From NCBI RefSeq assembly GCF_964355755.1, contig NC_092672.1, forward strand, positions 6,882,001-6,946,000: 64,000 bases of DNA, in the 5' to 3' direction. Numbering within the stretch: position 1 is the stretch's first letter; every line of letters starts with the position of its first letter. This DNA is from Antedon mediterranea (lineage: Eukaryota; Animalia; Echinodermata). The translations under genes and the position numbers were made by a program. Below are positions 14,690-29,880 of this stretch, in pieces. The notes under the pieces are model-generated. The model did not search any database. It was not told where the DNA came from and saw only the letters and a program-made list of their open reading frames with translations.

Positions 14690-17600
14690 TTATATGTGTT
14701 CATGTGTCGTGATTAAGACTATCACTGTAATAGACGCTGTCAGTGCAATGAGCAATGTCAAAAATAAAAGCAATCTGTCTATTAACACCGCAACCTCTCG
14801 CCATTCGTTTACTATTTTCTCCTTAACCTTTCCCGTTTCCCTTTCTTTATTCATTGATCGTAGTTCTTCATATATCTTTGATAATTCTTTGGCGCCATTT
14901 TGTTTTGCTTTTGTAAAACGAATGTTATCACTCTCGCTGCTGTGAATTTCTTTTTCGGTCAATTCGTGCTCATGCGGTGATTGGTTCATGACGTAGAATC
15001 CACCTTCTCCGTGCCTAGTTCTCGATTGGTGGGTGAGAACACCCTTGAAATAACTAGTTTTTTGGTGGTTCCGTCCAATAGTTCTGCCTATTCGTCCGAG
15101 TAGTAACGTACGTAGCCATAATGGTACCCGGTGTGTCTGCCCTCTATTGTAGATGTTCATCACGAAGGCTGTTGCTACTACACTAAAACAGCTCATACAC
15201 ATAAGAGTTGTAAAATAAGACTCTAAAACACAAAAGAAGAGAAATGAATTATGAAATGATAATTAAATATATTATGTATATACTTTGGCACGACGGGACT
15301 AATGAAGGACAGTATATGATCACAATCGGTAATAAAATTCGGTTTACGTCATAAATTGTTCATTTCATTTCATTTCTTTATTCTTTCTTAATCCACATAT
15401 AGTTGATAACTCAATAAAGCTACCATAACTATTTTGGCGGCGATGGCGCCCCATGGATAAAATACATGATACGGGAATTTGGAAAGCATACGATATACGA
15501 GAACTAGAAACTAATAGTATATGTAATCCCAATCCATAGAACTGACTAAAAGCCTTTTGGGCACATGTCTGTTTATAATCGAACAGTGCATTATAGTGTG
15601 GTAGTATTGAATGTCAATTTAGCCATCAATGTAACTGTAGTAGTTTATACAAATACTATACAGGGAGTATACGTTTAAATACAATACTGTACAATTTCAA
15701 TATTAAAATTAGTGAATATCATTTGAGAGATATGTAACTGTAATTATAGATCGACCTTTAGAGTCGGTGATCAGTAAATCAAATTTTTTTCAGATTTGTA
15801 GAGACATCTATAATATAAAACAAAATCGATTTTTTTTGTAAACTATCAAATTACAGTAGAAGATGAGTTTTTAGTGAAATGAATACATTAACTTGTAATT
15901 ATTCCAATATTAAACTTACGTATTATTGGTGTACTATCGGCTGATGGGGGCAATGTTTGAGCAATTAATTGTTGAAAAAGTAAGATTGCAAGCAGGGTGG
16001 TAACACCAAATGAGGTTTTCTCTCCACTTTCAGGGGGAAGAAGAAACACAAACATAGTTAGGAAAGACAGCAGACAACACGGGAGTAGAATGATCTCAAC
16101 AAAGAATCGTTCCCGGCGTCTTAGCACGATGTCGTATTTCACAATGGCGTATGTTTCAGGACAGCAGTTATATTTACGTTCTTCCCTCTCACTTTTGACA
16201 CCAACCAGGTTCCATACTCCATTCTCGTGATACTCAGTTTGAATAGCTCCAGGTGATGTGTCCGGGTGAATATCCTCCTGTCCCATATGGTACACCCACG
16301 TTCCGAACTGTAATTTACAGTGCTGCACATCAAGCGGGAAAAAGCGTACGTTGATCTTGCAAAACGTGTGGAATATTGTCGGAGATGAGTAGTAGACGGT
16401 GCCATCATAGGATACAACAAGGTCCAGTAAATATCTGATACGTTGGAATTCTTCATCAATGCTGAAAATATATAATTTAAAAAAAATAAGAATCAGATCT
16501 CTTTATTTGGCCCGTCAGCACCACATCTACCCAACAAGGTTATAGATCAAGTTCACATAATTCTTTTAGACATAATGATGATTACTCGTTTTTCTTTGAA
16601 TTTGCATCTTAAATCCATTGTAAGCTCAATTGAAATATTTACCATTTATTATAATATGTTTATTATATCTACCGTCTACTTAAGTGAGACTTAAGCATCG
16701 CTTATGCTATTATATACCGTACTGATTCCAATATTTCTATTCAAGACACACTACATATTTTCGTTTTCTCAAGCATATTAAAATAGTAAAACTGGCCAAA
16801 TTAATTATAGAGACACACCCATTGCATTTACGATAGGTAAAGCAACCGTGTTTCTTACTTGTTGTAAAGTGTGACGTCAGGATGCCATACGTCATCAACT
16901 CCAATGACAATACTCGTTAGGTTTTTAAATTCCTCTGGCTTCCAAGTAAGGTGTTCATCCGTCCATGTCTAAAATTCATAATTATATGTATACTATATAT
17001 TGCAAAATTTCTCTAATTTCACTTCACTGATTACAATATTCCATTTAAGCAAACAAAACGATAATCCCATAATGGGTCACCAGGGCATATCTGTATACTC
17101 TAAGCATGTTTAAAATATTACAGTACTTCGATGGCTTCATAGTGTATCATAGTCTAATTATAATGTCTTCTTTCTTAATGAATTATTTGTTTGTTTGTAA
17201 AGAGTACCGTTTATTCTGCATATAAATGAGCTCCCATGCAGAGAGTTACCAGTTCTTTTCCACCTTTATTTCCCTGTGTTTAGACGCGACTCCCTAGCTC
17301 ACTATGTCGGTCGGTTGGTCGGTCGGTAAACACTAACTTAAATTTGCAATTTTTGGTGCACGCGACTGGACCAGTCATGTATATGGCCTTGTTTTTCATT
17401 GTTAAAAAATTGGTGCCTGTGTGGTGCAACGTTTATACCTCCGTGGACAAAATATGAACGCCGTCTTTTTTAATGGTCTACATTGATTAATTTAAGTTTA
17501 CAGGGGTGTGTTATAAGCCATGAATGCAAAACAAAAAACATTCGTTCAATTAAATATTACACACATATTGCCTGCTATACAATTTCACAATAATAGCTGG

Positions 17601-20600
17601 CTACATTGAATTCTTAACATTCTGTATTCATAATCCACCAATACATCAAATTTACTGGAAAGCATTAGACGAATTAGGAAAATGCGTAGGCCTAGGATTT
17701 TAACATATTTAAAAATTGAAATCAGTTTTCAGTTATCTTTATATTTTATTGTAACAAAAAGGTTGAAAGCGGTATGGGTCTTGTGGCTTTTAGACTTTAC
17801 AGTACCTCAAAATGATCTTATATAATTCCTTATTTTAACGATACAATTTCTTCCAATTTATTTTTTAACAAAACAAAACGGCGTTTAGAAAATTGAACAC
17901 ATTTAATCGATTTTTTCACTTTCAAGAAATTGTTCCTTTCTACTTTCTACACTAATAGCACAGGCGCAAGCCACTCGATTTTCGGTGATGTATCCCCACA
18001 TGCGTCGTATGTGAAGCATTTCAAGGCAGTATCAAATAATTCGTTTAGGAACCACCGACCTACATATTTGAATGCATTCCTGCCGACAATGACTTTATTT
18101 ATTCGCAAGTATTTAAAATTTAGTTATTTTAAAAAACACTGGAAGTATTACAAATTATGATAATCATTTTGTCCCATTTTAAGTTAATGGTTAGCTTACA
18201 TGTACAATGTAAGTCTAAGCATCGACCTACATGCGACTGTATTCCTGTTGCCAAAACATCCAATTTACTATTTATTCGCAACTTACTCTTATACATGTTA
18301 ATTGTATAAAAGTATTATGAAATTCCATGTGTTTAATGAAATAATATTAAAAATCATGGTTATCATTTTGTCTCATTTTGGTTAGCGTAGCCTACTTTAG
18401 AATAGGAAAAAGGCAATGACTCATGCAGTATTAAAAATGTTTATTAGTAGGCTATAGAATGAAATAATGTCGTATCGGGAAAATGCCATCGTAAAACGTT
18501 ATGCTGAACTATACATAAACGGCACGTTGTATTGGAATAATAAATATGATTAAGATATTGAAATATCAGAGACCGATTCATGGGCTATGAAGTAGTACGG
18601 AGTAAAACTCGGACACCGATTCGGAGCTCAAAACAAGGCCATACACACGGCTGCAGTCGTGTGCACACATTTGAGTTATTGTTTACCGACCTACCGGCCG
18701 ACCAACTGACCAACCGACCACCATAGTGAGCCGTAGAGTCGCGTTTTGCACGCGACTAAAAACCTTATAGTAAGGGTGTCCTCTAAATAGGAATAAGATG
18801 TTAGCATAAAGGGGAAGGGTTCGCATAATATTCCTCATTTTAAATTTTAATCATAAGCGTTGACAGACTTTTCAGATCATTAGTTGGCTAGTGTTAAATC
18901 ATCATTCGATTAACTGAATAGGGATATTCCATAGATGATTGCTGTTATAATAATAATATTTATCATTTTTCATGTACCATTCTTAATCTTAGTGGTAGTA
19001 TTGGAGTTTCGGTTCATCCGTGTGACATACATGCCTATTATGTTTATATAATTATGCTTTTTAACCTATAGGTTGTAGGACAGTCGTCAATAACGTTAAC
19101 GCCTGTGGATATAGGAACGTCATACCGAATCACAGAATGGATAAATCAGCGTTATTATATGAAATTAATTTCAAAATAATCCTGAAATTCCCCAAGGGAA
19201 CTTTAACTAGATCACGTCGCTATTATTCAGGGTTGACTTCTAGGGTAAGTCAATAATAATAACACACAAGTGTGGAAGCTAAGGTCGATAATCATTTACA
19301 ATCACCATCTATGTACATTTCTTAATTACTTGCTGTAAATTAGTGACGCTCTAACCGTTAGATGATTAGTATGAATTTTCAATATTAATCGAATCACATG
19401 TATATCTATTTCAAATTTAACACATTCCCTTTTTTATGTTTTCTAATTCAAGCTTGGGTTCAACCAAGGCAGTTGTTAGATTGCCTTGGTTTAAAATACT
19501 AAAACGTCATTCTTGCGTCAGAAAAACAATCTTACTTGTTTTTGTTTTTATTTTGATTTATATTATTCAAGCAAAATAAAATATGATAAGAACATACACC
19601 TGAACCAATACTTCAAAAAAGATAGCATTAACTTATTATAATTATTTTAACAATAATAATGCTTCTTTTATTCAAAAATTATTTTAAAATTCAGTAAGGA
19701 TACAATACCATTAATCTCAATTACTTTTATTGGATTAAATGATGATTAGCCAACACCATGAACTGACTAAAAAAAAAAATTAAAATTACTTTTTAACGAA
19801 GCCATAACAGTGTTATTGGTTTGGTTTGTATTGCTTACTTCATATTGTTGGTCCTTTGAGAATCAATGCGGACCTTAATTTACAGATTATGCATAAGTTA
19901 TGTGAATCAGAAAAGAAGAGCACCTTTCATTCCCCGTACAAGTCTTTCAACGGGCGGGCATATCAGAGTTCTTTTGTATTTATAAGAGGAAAATTGACTC
20001 TAAAAAATTGCTATATGATAACTGCCCCCATGAGCGACCAAAATGCTGATGCATTAAAACACATGTGTGTGATTTAGAATTTGACCGTTATTACATTAAG
20101 TGTTATGCATTTAAACATAAGAAATAGAGAAATCCTAAACCGACCAGCAATATACTATTTACGCATGCATCGTATCGAATACATGTAAAGTTCACAATCA
20201 GGGCCGTAGCATGAGGCAGACGACGCACTTGCTTCGTCTGAAATTTTCAATTTTCACCACCCACCCCAATTTCCCAGCACAGATCGTCATATTATATATT
20301 GATAATATTTAAAGCATCTTTGCCTCGTCTGATTTTACCCTCTCGCGTACGGTCTTGCCACAATTGTATATTCATGTGGATGCATATTAACTTCTGCATG
20401 GTAAAAGTGAAGATTACAACATTATAATTCATGATATGTCATCACAACCCTAACCATTTATTGTGTGCCATCACGTAACTACAGTACCTACTTGATAGGC
20501 TGGCATAGTAATATTTAACTGGATTGGATTTCATTTTAATTTTCAATATTTCTTCCAATAATAGTTAAAACAACAATACAGTCAATATTTTTATAATATA

Positions 20601-23600
20601 CTATATTAGGCCTATATTAGTTTAATTACTTAATTGTTGTTGTTTGTATTACATTACTACAGTACACGGCTGCGGTGAGTCATTTTTAATTGGTATACTA
20701 CCTTTAAAAGTACACGTGTACATGCACATTAGCCGGTTATAGATGACTGCATTTTAGTGAGTTACTATAATTTGAAAAAGGTATATATAGATTTCAGCAA
20801 AAAACTTTGCTTACGGTAAATACCCAAGAGACGTGAAGAGACTGAAATTGATATTACATTAGGCCATCAACCAAGATAATATGAATATACGGTAACAGTG
20901 TGTTTTCTTTAAATTAAACAAACTCATTTATAATTACATTACTAATGAAGAAGTACTCGTATAAACGTGATTAATACACTACTACACAGAATAATACAAA
21001 AGAAATCGCTACAACATGATCTAATTAAATGGGTTGGTTTGTGTTGAGTGACATAGTATAAATCAAACACAACGTCTTGGCGGTTTTAAGTGCACCGTGT
21101 GAACAGAGGATGTAATATTATTATTATTATAATGATGTGATTTTGTATCATGTACGACTAAGGAATAGCCTATTAGTACATGATTGTAAATAGACAGGTC
21201 TGTCAATCACGTACTGTGTGGACAGATATTAAGTAATAATGTGAATATTGGATATAGACAGGTTTGTCAATCGCGTACTGTGTGGACAGATATTAAGTAA
21301 TAACGTAAATATTGGATATAGACAGGTCTGTCAATCGCGTACTGTGTGGACAGATATTAAGTAATAACGTAAATATTGGATATAGACAGGTTTGTCAATC
21401 GCGTACTGTGTGGACAGATATTAAGTAATAACGTAAATATTGGATTTAGAAAGGTCTGTCAATCGCGTTTACTGTATGAACAGAAATTTGATATTAATAT
21501 GATAATGATGTGCATAATGTCAGTCGCGTTAGTACTGTAAAGTTCAGTTTAAACCAGAGCAAACTATACACTTTGTCCTGCTTTATGTAGACCTATGAAA
21601 CAATGTTTCACTTGATGTCAATACATCACTCTTATTTTGGAACTATGCTGTAATTTCGTGCAGCACTCGAGGCAAACGACATGCAGTTTATTATAATAAT
21701 TGTAGCTAGATTTAGATGAAATCAATCAGAGGAAAATGTCTTACCAATCTGAACCATGAGTTTATTACAAGTTTCTGAATCCGTTCATTCTGTAAAAGAC
21801 AAATGGTATTAAAAGTTAAACTGTTACTAGCCTTTTTTTCTATTATAAATTATAATTTTCATTGTGCGATTACGTTTAATACATTTGTTAATCATTTTGA
21901 TTATGCAGACAATTATGAAGATAAAGATGCAGATGAAGTTGTAGGCTGCATAAGTCTTGCTCTGTCTACACTATAAAACTAGTTTGACAAAAAAAATGTA
22001 ATGTGTCTATGGTAGTGATATGACACAATCATTTCCATATATGGGCACATAATATTTTTTGTCACATAAAGTTTGATAGTGTAGACAGAGCTTTATATGA
22101 AAATAAATATCACAATGTATATACTGTGATGAAGACCTCTTATTTTAAAAACTATTCTGGACAATAGGCCTACTCACAACATTAAGATACATTCATATTA
22201 TTCTATTTTAATTCTATGTCTGGGCAAAAACAAAATCTTTACAAGAAACAATGGTTATAAATCAAGGTTGTACATTACAGTATGAATATATAAAAAATGT
22301 AATTTATATTTTACACGAGGCAGTTTAAGTCGACTATGCAATATTTTAATCTGTTTAAAACCATTACGCTTACATTAATGATACAGACAATACATTGTGT
22401 AATAATAACATTAATGTTATGTATTGAATAACATTAATTACAGTTGATACATTATATTGATAACATTATGGGTAGGCTTAGTGCTCAGATTTATTTCTAG
22501 TTTAAATCATTACCGATACCTCATGGTGTAAAACAGAAGCCATGTGCAAACATGTTAGTCATTTAAAGTAACTGATTAAATTAAAACAATAACCGACAAT
22601 TATATGTATATAGTGATGAAGACATTGATGATAATCTATAATAATGTGGAAAGATGATATGATGGTAATGGATGTAATAAAAATCGTATTGAGAATGCTG
22701 AATGAGAATAAATATCGTAATGATATAAGTTAAATAAAAAAGAGGATAAATTGATGAAAATTATGATAATTAAATGATGGGAATGAGGATGTAACAAAAG
22801 TATTTTTAAGAATGATGAATGAGAATAAATATCGTAATGATATAAGTTTAATAAAAAATAAGATTATACTGATGAAAATGAAGATAATAAGATGATGGCA
22901 ATGAGGATGTATTTGCGGTGAAGTTTATTGGATGGTTATTGCAATGATGATGATGATGCTGATGACAGTAATTGTGATAATGATGAATATGACGTTGTTC
23001 ATTGCAATGATGAAAGAGATGAATAAATATCGTAATGATATAAGTTAAATAAAAAAGAAGATAAATTGAATTTGATGATAATGATAATAAAATGACGGGA
23101 ATGGGGATGTATTTGCGGAACATCAACTTGATGAATGGTGAAGTTTATTAGATGGTTATTGCAATGATGATGGTGATGATGATGACAGTAATTGTGATAA
23201 TGATGAAGATGCCGTTGTTCACTACAATAATGAAAGAGATAAATTAATTATGATGTAGCACCAATTTTTGGCATTTTTTTTAGTCCACCAGTCGGCGTTT
23301 CAATTTTTGTCCGTTATACGGAGTTTATGAGATCAAGATTATACGTATGAAACGCCACATGTGCCATTTATTTTTTTACCAATATTAATTCGAAACAACT
23401 CAGTGTGGAACATAAACTAATTACGATGCTGATAATGATGTTACGTACGAGTTCAATTACTTGCGATAGTATCAATCTCAACGTTACGTTGACAGAATGC
23501 TGATGATTGAGCACTGGTCGTACTGTTGTCCTAGGGTAGTTTGACAGCAGTTTGTCAACCAGTGACGATTCAATATGTTCATCATGGTTTGCTAAAACTG

Positions 23601-25961
23601 CACAAAACACACATGTTAGTGCTAAACAAAAAAAAAAGAAAAAGAAAGACAATTTTATAATCTGAATTATTTTTTTTTATATAATATTTGTGAGTGGTTG
23701 TTGAATTGTTAGGCAAGTCTTTCAATATCTGGCTAAAAAAGTTAAAGAGATTTCTAGAATAAAACAAACCCTTAGTAGTATTTTTATATAAAATAATTGG
23801 TCGTATATAGTGTTTCGCCTACAATCGTTGACAAAGATTCTTGGTTATATTTTGAACTAAATTGATGTATTAAAGTGTCTTGTTATAAATTGATAGGCAG
23901 TAAGCCTAAAACATACAATAGAACTGCAAGTAAACAACATTACAAATGAATTATTACAAATGAATTAGTACAAGTGGATTATTTACTGATACTGAATACT
24001 GAATACTGAAATGCTTTATTTGTCCATCATCATCATAAAATAACAACAGAAATTCTTCTTGAAGATTGACAATTATTAGTACAATAATAAATAGATATAC
24101 AATATAATATATTATGTACACACACATAATTGCACAAAAAAAAAAATATTGTAGAGGTCCCCATTTCAACTGTCCTATCACAGGTAGGTCTAGCCACTAC
24201 CCTGGGAAGATTTCAACATTAAAAATAGATAATAAGAGGTGAAGTATAGTCCAGGTAAGATAATAATAAACTTAAATATTTATTTCCTTCAAGATTAAAC
24301 CTTACAACAAACAATATCTGAAAAAGAAAATACTTGAAACAGTCACTTAAATGACTAATTACATAGCAAGCCTTTCAACACACAACTTTATGGAAATAAA
24401 ACAAAATTGTTAAAGTTTAACAAGCCAAATGACAAGATAATCAGAACATTTTATAGTTGTAAAGTGTTACACGAGCCTATATACTTGTCATTAAATAAAT
24501 ATTATATTATGATATACAGTAAGTGTATTTGTTTTCTCACAATATATTCATTTTCGGAGTACGTGGTATATTTCAAAATTTAAAACTTGCAAAAGAAAAG
24601 ATTATCAGAAAATTCTACATTCTATAGTTGTCAGGTGTTATAAATAGCCTACTTGTCATTAAATAAATATTATATTGTGATATGAGTGCATTTGTTTTCT
24701 CACAATATATTCATTTTTGGAGTACGGGGTATTTTTCAAAATTTTAAACTGGCGATTGGTCTCATCATTTAACAATATATGTAGACATTACAGGAAAAAA
24801 GAACACACGGCAAAGGAAGTAACAACATTTTGCATTAACTTAATTTAATAATTTATTTTCTATAATTAGATAAATTTCAAAGTTATAAATTACACAGCTG
24901 AGCAATAAAATATACCGTAAAGTGTCGTTTACAAACAAATTTTCTGTTATATAGAATATGGCAGTGATTATAGTATGTGAAGGAGTGGTAATAAAATAGG
25001 CCTAATATTAGTGCTTGTAGTGGTAGCCTACGCATGTTACTGAAATATATGATCGTGTTTTTATGCTCATTATGAATTCGAGTGTCAAATAACTTAAGAA
25101 CAATAAAATTGTATCAATACCGTAAACGTAAACCAACATTGTAATTTTTGTTTTTAATAGACAGTAAATTAAGCGACTGATGAGGTATTAAGAGGAACTG
25201 TATTATATTTATATAATGTAATTTTAATGAACTGCAATGCAACATGATCTAGCAGATAATACAATACACAAATGTTTTAGCATTAGAGATGAGTAGAAGA
25301 TAAACAGTCAATCGAAAGATAAGATCATTCTACTGTTGTCAAGTGTTACTGTACAAATAGCATACATGTAATTTGACGTTACTAAATAAACATTGATATG
25401 CCACTTGTTCCTTTGCAGAATATCCAATCGAATTGGACCATCATATTAATGGCATGGCTGCACAGTTTATATTTACCAAAAAAGATATAAATAATTAGTG
25501 ACGATACAAATTTTGTCTTGTTTATACGGACGGAATCTTGTTATAATCACAGATGTTAATGACTGAAATTTGAAATTTCACACTGTATCACGGATATTGA
25601 GAATAATAATTATTGGAATATAGGCCTACCATCAATTTAGAATTTACTTAAGACTTAATTACAGTACAATGTTATTAATCATATACACATGAAATTATTG
25701 ACAGTTCGAGACTTTTAAATTTGGTTGACGTTTACCTCTTTAAATATCATTGTAGAGATGAGAAACAACTCAGGTAAAAATGCCATTCATTGGTTTGTAC
25801 ACTATTATTTATTCACCTATAATACCAATTGTATTTAAGGAAGTATGGCTCATTGTACGGTATACAAACAGTTATATTTTATGAAGCAATTATAAAAAAT
25901 ATAACTTACCTGAGTTAAATAAAACGAATATGATTACAACGACAGTAATCCATCTATGCAT
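14690..25961 (-). CDS. Gene B: complete nicotinic acetylcholine receptor alpha-type subunit (alpha9/10-like by motif), about 476 aa, 6 exons
   Basis: Exons 25910-25961, 23449-23597, 21745-21789, 16859-16968, 15920-16461 and 14690-15222 splice in frame. Motifs: Cys loop CKINVRFFPLDVQHC, loop B FGTWVY, loop C YNCCPETY, M1 ILLPCCLLSFL, cation filter PPESGEKTSFGVTTLL, M4 EWREVAVLIDRLL. Confidence 0.95.
17281..17395. repeat. Short interspersed repeat with a (ggtc)n core; inverted relative at 18633-18762 (Helentron/HINE-like)
   Basis: acgcgactc..ctcactatgtcggtcggttggtcggtcggtaaa..atggccttgtt versus the reverse complement at 18633-18762. Confidence 0.6.
21190..21485. repeat. 64-bp minisatellite, about 4.6 copies
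   Basis: taga(c/a)agg recurs at 21191, 21255, 21319, 21383 and 21447. Confidence 0.92.
21959..22092. mobile_element. MITE, gctctgtctaca family
   Basis: gctctgtctacactata ... gatagtgtagacagagc. Confidence 0.8.
22620..23250. repeat. GAT/AAT-rich low-complexity duplicated tract
   Basis: ataaatatcgtaatgatataagtt occurs three times, with (gat)n runs. Confidence 0.75.
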
Positions 25962-26152
25962 ACTTATTCCAGTTATACTAGTTTGCTGTAGCTTGAACAA
26001 CGAGACAATTAGAGTTAGATGTAAAGCTATATTCACACTTGTGCTGTATCACCGAACGGAAGAAGGCGCCGTTCAATTCTATTATGCGTTTTCATTATTT
26101 AACAACATAAGCATCACCAAGTGTGAATGTAGCTTAAGAGGTATCAGCTCTA

Positions 26153-26310
26153 AATCTTGGTTCCCACTAGCGACGCAACGCAATGACGTAACGCAACGTA
26201 AGTGATTTGACTAATCACAAGCGATGGATTATTTCGAAAATTGCTTGTTATTAGTCAGCCTGCGTTGCGCGTACGTCCTTTCGTTGCGTCCTAGTGGAAA
26301 CCACGCTTGA
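26153..26310. mobile_element. MITE, ggttcccacta family, about 200 bp upstream of the gene B ATG
   Basis: cttggttcccactagcgacgcaacg ... cgttgcgtcctagtggaaaccacgctt. Confidence 0.78.
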
Positions 26311-28258
26311 GCATGCTATACCGTCGCTGTTCTTTCAAAACCTCACAAACCATAATGTTACAGGAAGAAAAATCATTAATTTTCTTACATGAATTTATAT
26401 TTCGAGTTTGTAAATGTATAATGAGTAAAAAAAAAAGATACAATAAGTCAATTTAAGTGAAAAATGAGGATACGAGGTTTTGACAATATAAAGAGGCCTT
26501 TTTATTTAAACTTCTGCATACTCTATATATTATTTAAATTAATATTCTCATTTGGGCCTATGCCTAAATTTTTATTCTGTAGACTCATACAAATAATTGG
26601 CAGTTTCCATACATTTAATTTTAATATTTACAGTGAAGAGGTCTTCATTTCTGCTTTACTTTCATACAATATTCATGCAATGGGTATGTAATTTAATCGG
26701 ATTAATAATTACCGGCATTTATGGAATGGTGATATGTCTCTTGTATGATGTTTATTTTGTCAACTATAATGTTTACCACATCCAAACATTAATATTTGAT
26801 TAGCAGTAATCTATTCAGATTGTTAGGGTATATTAACTGTAATGACACCTAGGATTACAATACAGCATGAGAGTCGATTTAGTATGCTTTAAATTGTGTT
26901 AACCAGTCCTATAATGCATTTACGTAAAAAAAGTCCCGTGTCAACCTTGCAGTAAAATTTTGTTAAAAGTTGACCCATCGAACATGTAAGCTGTCCGTTT
27001 AGGATTGATGAAATATTTCCTACTTGATTTTTGATCAATGATTATACTTCTATTGTAAAAAGCCAGAAATGTGTTAAAATAGATCAAATATTTACCGTAA
27101 CTGCATCGAGTATTATTTTCTGTTTTTAGTCACCAAGTTCCATTATTGCCGTCGATTTCTTTACACGGTTAGCGTTCAGACGACTGCATTGCTCCTACTA
27201 ATAAGATACCCCAAGCTCGCAGCAAAATTTACTACTTTTGTGAGATTCTTCGAATTGCCATGGCAACGGAAATCGCCGTCATGGTGGGTTATAAATGCTA
27301 ATGACTTATGAAAACCAATAATAATATGAATGTTCGTTGAGAAAATTAAAACAAAATAATAGATAACAGAATATTAAATCCGAAACATAAATTCTTATAA
27401 TAATATAATATATATAAAATAATTATAAATTCAACTCACGGGAGGTGCTGCACTTACGGGAGGTGGCAGCTCTCGGAGCTTATACATATACTGGATACAA
27501 AAAAAGCGTTTAACCACTAAAAGAGATCTAATTAAGAAAATTATAAATAGTGGTCAGTCAACCAGTTTGGATAAGCTTACAGAATGTATTTAGAGGGTGA
27601 TTTGGATCCTGACGAAGGCTAATGCCGATGATTTGACTGGCCCACGTTACAATTTTAGCTAGTTTGTTTTTTCCCTTTGAGATAGATTCGAGAACCAGAC
27701 AATTGAGTCGATCAACAGAACGCTAACGCTATAAAAAAAAGGGTTAAAACATTTACATCAGTGATATTTAAGGTTTAAGGTTTAAGATATGTAAGGTTAA
27801 ACTTAAAAGTTTTCGGAGGGAAAACATTCTATGACTTGCTCTTTTGGTTAAAGATAAAGTGTTGGCTTCCCAGTTTAGGTTTTTAACAAGCACAACACTA
27901 AGATACTTAAATTCCTCGACCATTTCATGTTGATAGTTATGGTAATTAAAAGTGTTCTTTTAGAGCGTCGAAAGCAAAAAATGATCTCATCGTTTTATCT
28001 GTATTTATGGGTCAGGAATGTTTATGTATTTAAAAAAATGGAGTTTCTACTATATTTTTGAATAATTGATATTCAATGACTAGGCCTACTGTTAAAAAAA
28101 CTAATATTTTTTTATTCTGTCGTTATAAACATATTTAATTGAGCATTAATAGGGCCTACTAAACTATTTCCAAACATTTTTTTTTATCTATGTAAGAACA
28201 CAAATGTTTCTGTAAGATAAGACAAAAAGAAAAACATAAAAAGTTGGTATGTACTTAA

Positions 28259-28410
28259 CAGTTGAATAACTTGAGTTAATACAAACGTAGACTCAATCAT
28301 GGTGGTAGTATTCGTGTTATTACTGAGCAGGTTGTTCAAGGGTACGAGTCAGCAAGCTCTTCCAACAGTATTGCCTTTATAATCGGATTCACGTCCATAT
28401 ACGTAGTCTC
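28259..28410 (-). pseudogene. Orphan, decayed exon 2 of a C/D-type nAChR-like paralog
   Basis: Translates as ETTYMDVNPIIKAILLEELADSYP* and, after a frameshift, NTTTMIESTFVLTQVIQL. It aligns to gene D exon 2 (VNPSIKAYLVQAISDSY..NTTTNITSSFVLTQVIKL). The donor site is mutated to TTAAGT. Confidence 0.8.
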
Positions 28411-28820
28411 CATTTATAAGAAACATTCCATTCACATTTTTTTAAAGAACAAAAAAGTGAAAAATCACACGTTTTTTCGCATGCTTTATTTTCCTTATTT
28501 TCATATCCTTCTGGTAGGCTACATTGTGAATAACAATGTTATTTCACCTGCCTGGACATGTTCTCCAAATCTTCTACTTTGTTTTTCAAATATTGAAAGT
28601 TACCTGTCATTTTACTAGTCGACGAACATTTTGTTATGTTTATGTTTTATCCTTAATTATACATTTTGATAATATTGGAATCGATAACAATAAAAAAAAG
28701 CATATTATACGATATTATATGTGTATACATTTCAGCTATAAATGGAAAGTAAATGTCGGTTTTGTTGAATCTGTACTGACGTATAAATTGTTGTACTGAA
28801 AATAAAACGTGTTCATAGCC

Positions 28821-29880
28821 GGGTGTCACAAAACCTAAGACCACGAAAGCTAAGACCCCCTAAGAACTAAGATCACGAAAGCTAAGACCCAAGACCTAAG
28901 ATTACAAATATTTATCTTTCGCACCTGCCTTGTATTTTAACTCCCAACATTTATTCTGAATACCACACCTTAGAATTGGCACTTTTATGAAAAAGAATCA
29001 CATAAAAAGTAACACATTTTAAATTGATGATTTTACAGACGTTTTTCTCGCACACAAACTGTTTGCGAATTTCGCATGACTAGCCTACAGTACAGTAGGC
29101 CTACACCCCTGTTCAATGTTTTTGTTTCTATGGAACGTCAAAAGAGCAAAAATTATATAGAGGGCTGAACACTCTGTGGAGTCCATCTACAGTGTGGATG
29201 GAACAATGTAAAATTAAAATTGTAATGATAATAGTATAATCATGCAAGTACGAAGAAATAAATACTGGCAAATAAATTTTAATTGAAAAATCATGATAAT
29301 AAGTTTTTTTGTTTCGTTTTCTTTCTGTTTTTATACAGAGCATGAGGGGAGCTTTAGGAGTTACAGGTAGGTATAATATCTCTATGAGTATACAAAGAAA
29401 CATGTCTGTAAAATCATCAATTTAAAGGATTTATTTATTTGTTTTTATGTGTTTCTCCTTCTGAAAGTACTTATAAATCCTAATTTTAAAGTGTGGTATT
29501 CAGGATAAAGTTAATCAACACATTTGGAGTCAAAATACAAGAAAGGCAGGTGCGTAAGAAAAACATCCTCTGAACCAACACAATGGAGTAAATATATACT
29601 AACAAACAACCCGTCAAGTTTGTTTGTTGTAAAGAAAAAAATATACATTTACTCAACGAGCGAAAATAATGTGAGTTTATCTATGTTTTGCGGTAGTATT
29701 TAATTATATTTATGGTAATAAATTAAACCTACTGTGTTTAAAATTATGTATGGATAAACAAGTATTGTTTTTAAGTGTAGTATATCTTAGAATTTGTAAT
29801 CTTAGGTCTTGGGTCTTAACTTTCGTGATCTTAGGTCTTAGGGGGTCTTAGCTTTCGTGGTCTTAGGTTTCGTGACACCC
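28821..29880. mobile_element. Non-autonomous Mutator-like DNA transposon, copy 1
   Basis: ~90-bp TIRs starting gggtgtcac, with internal ctaagac repeats. 10-bp TSD gttcatagcc/gtttatagcc. Confidence 0.88.

Noticed and set aside
22848-23126. His-rich 92-aa ORF
   Set aside because: It is the translation of an intronic (GAT)n low-complexity tract.
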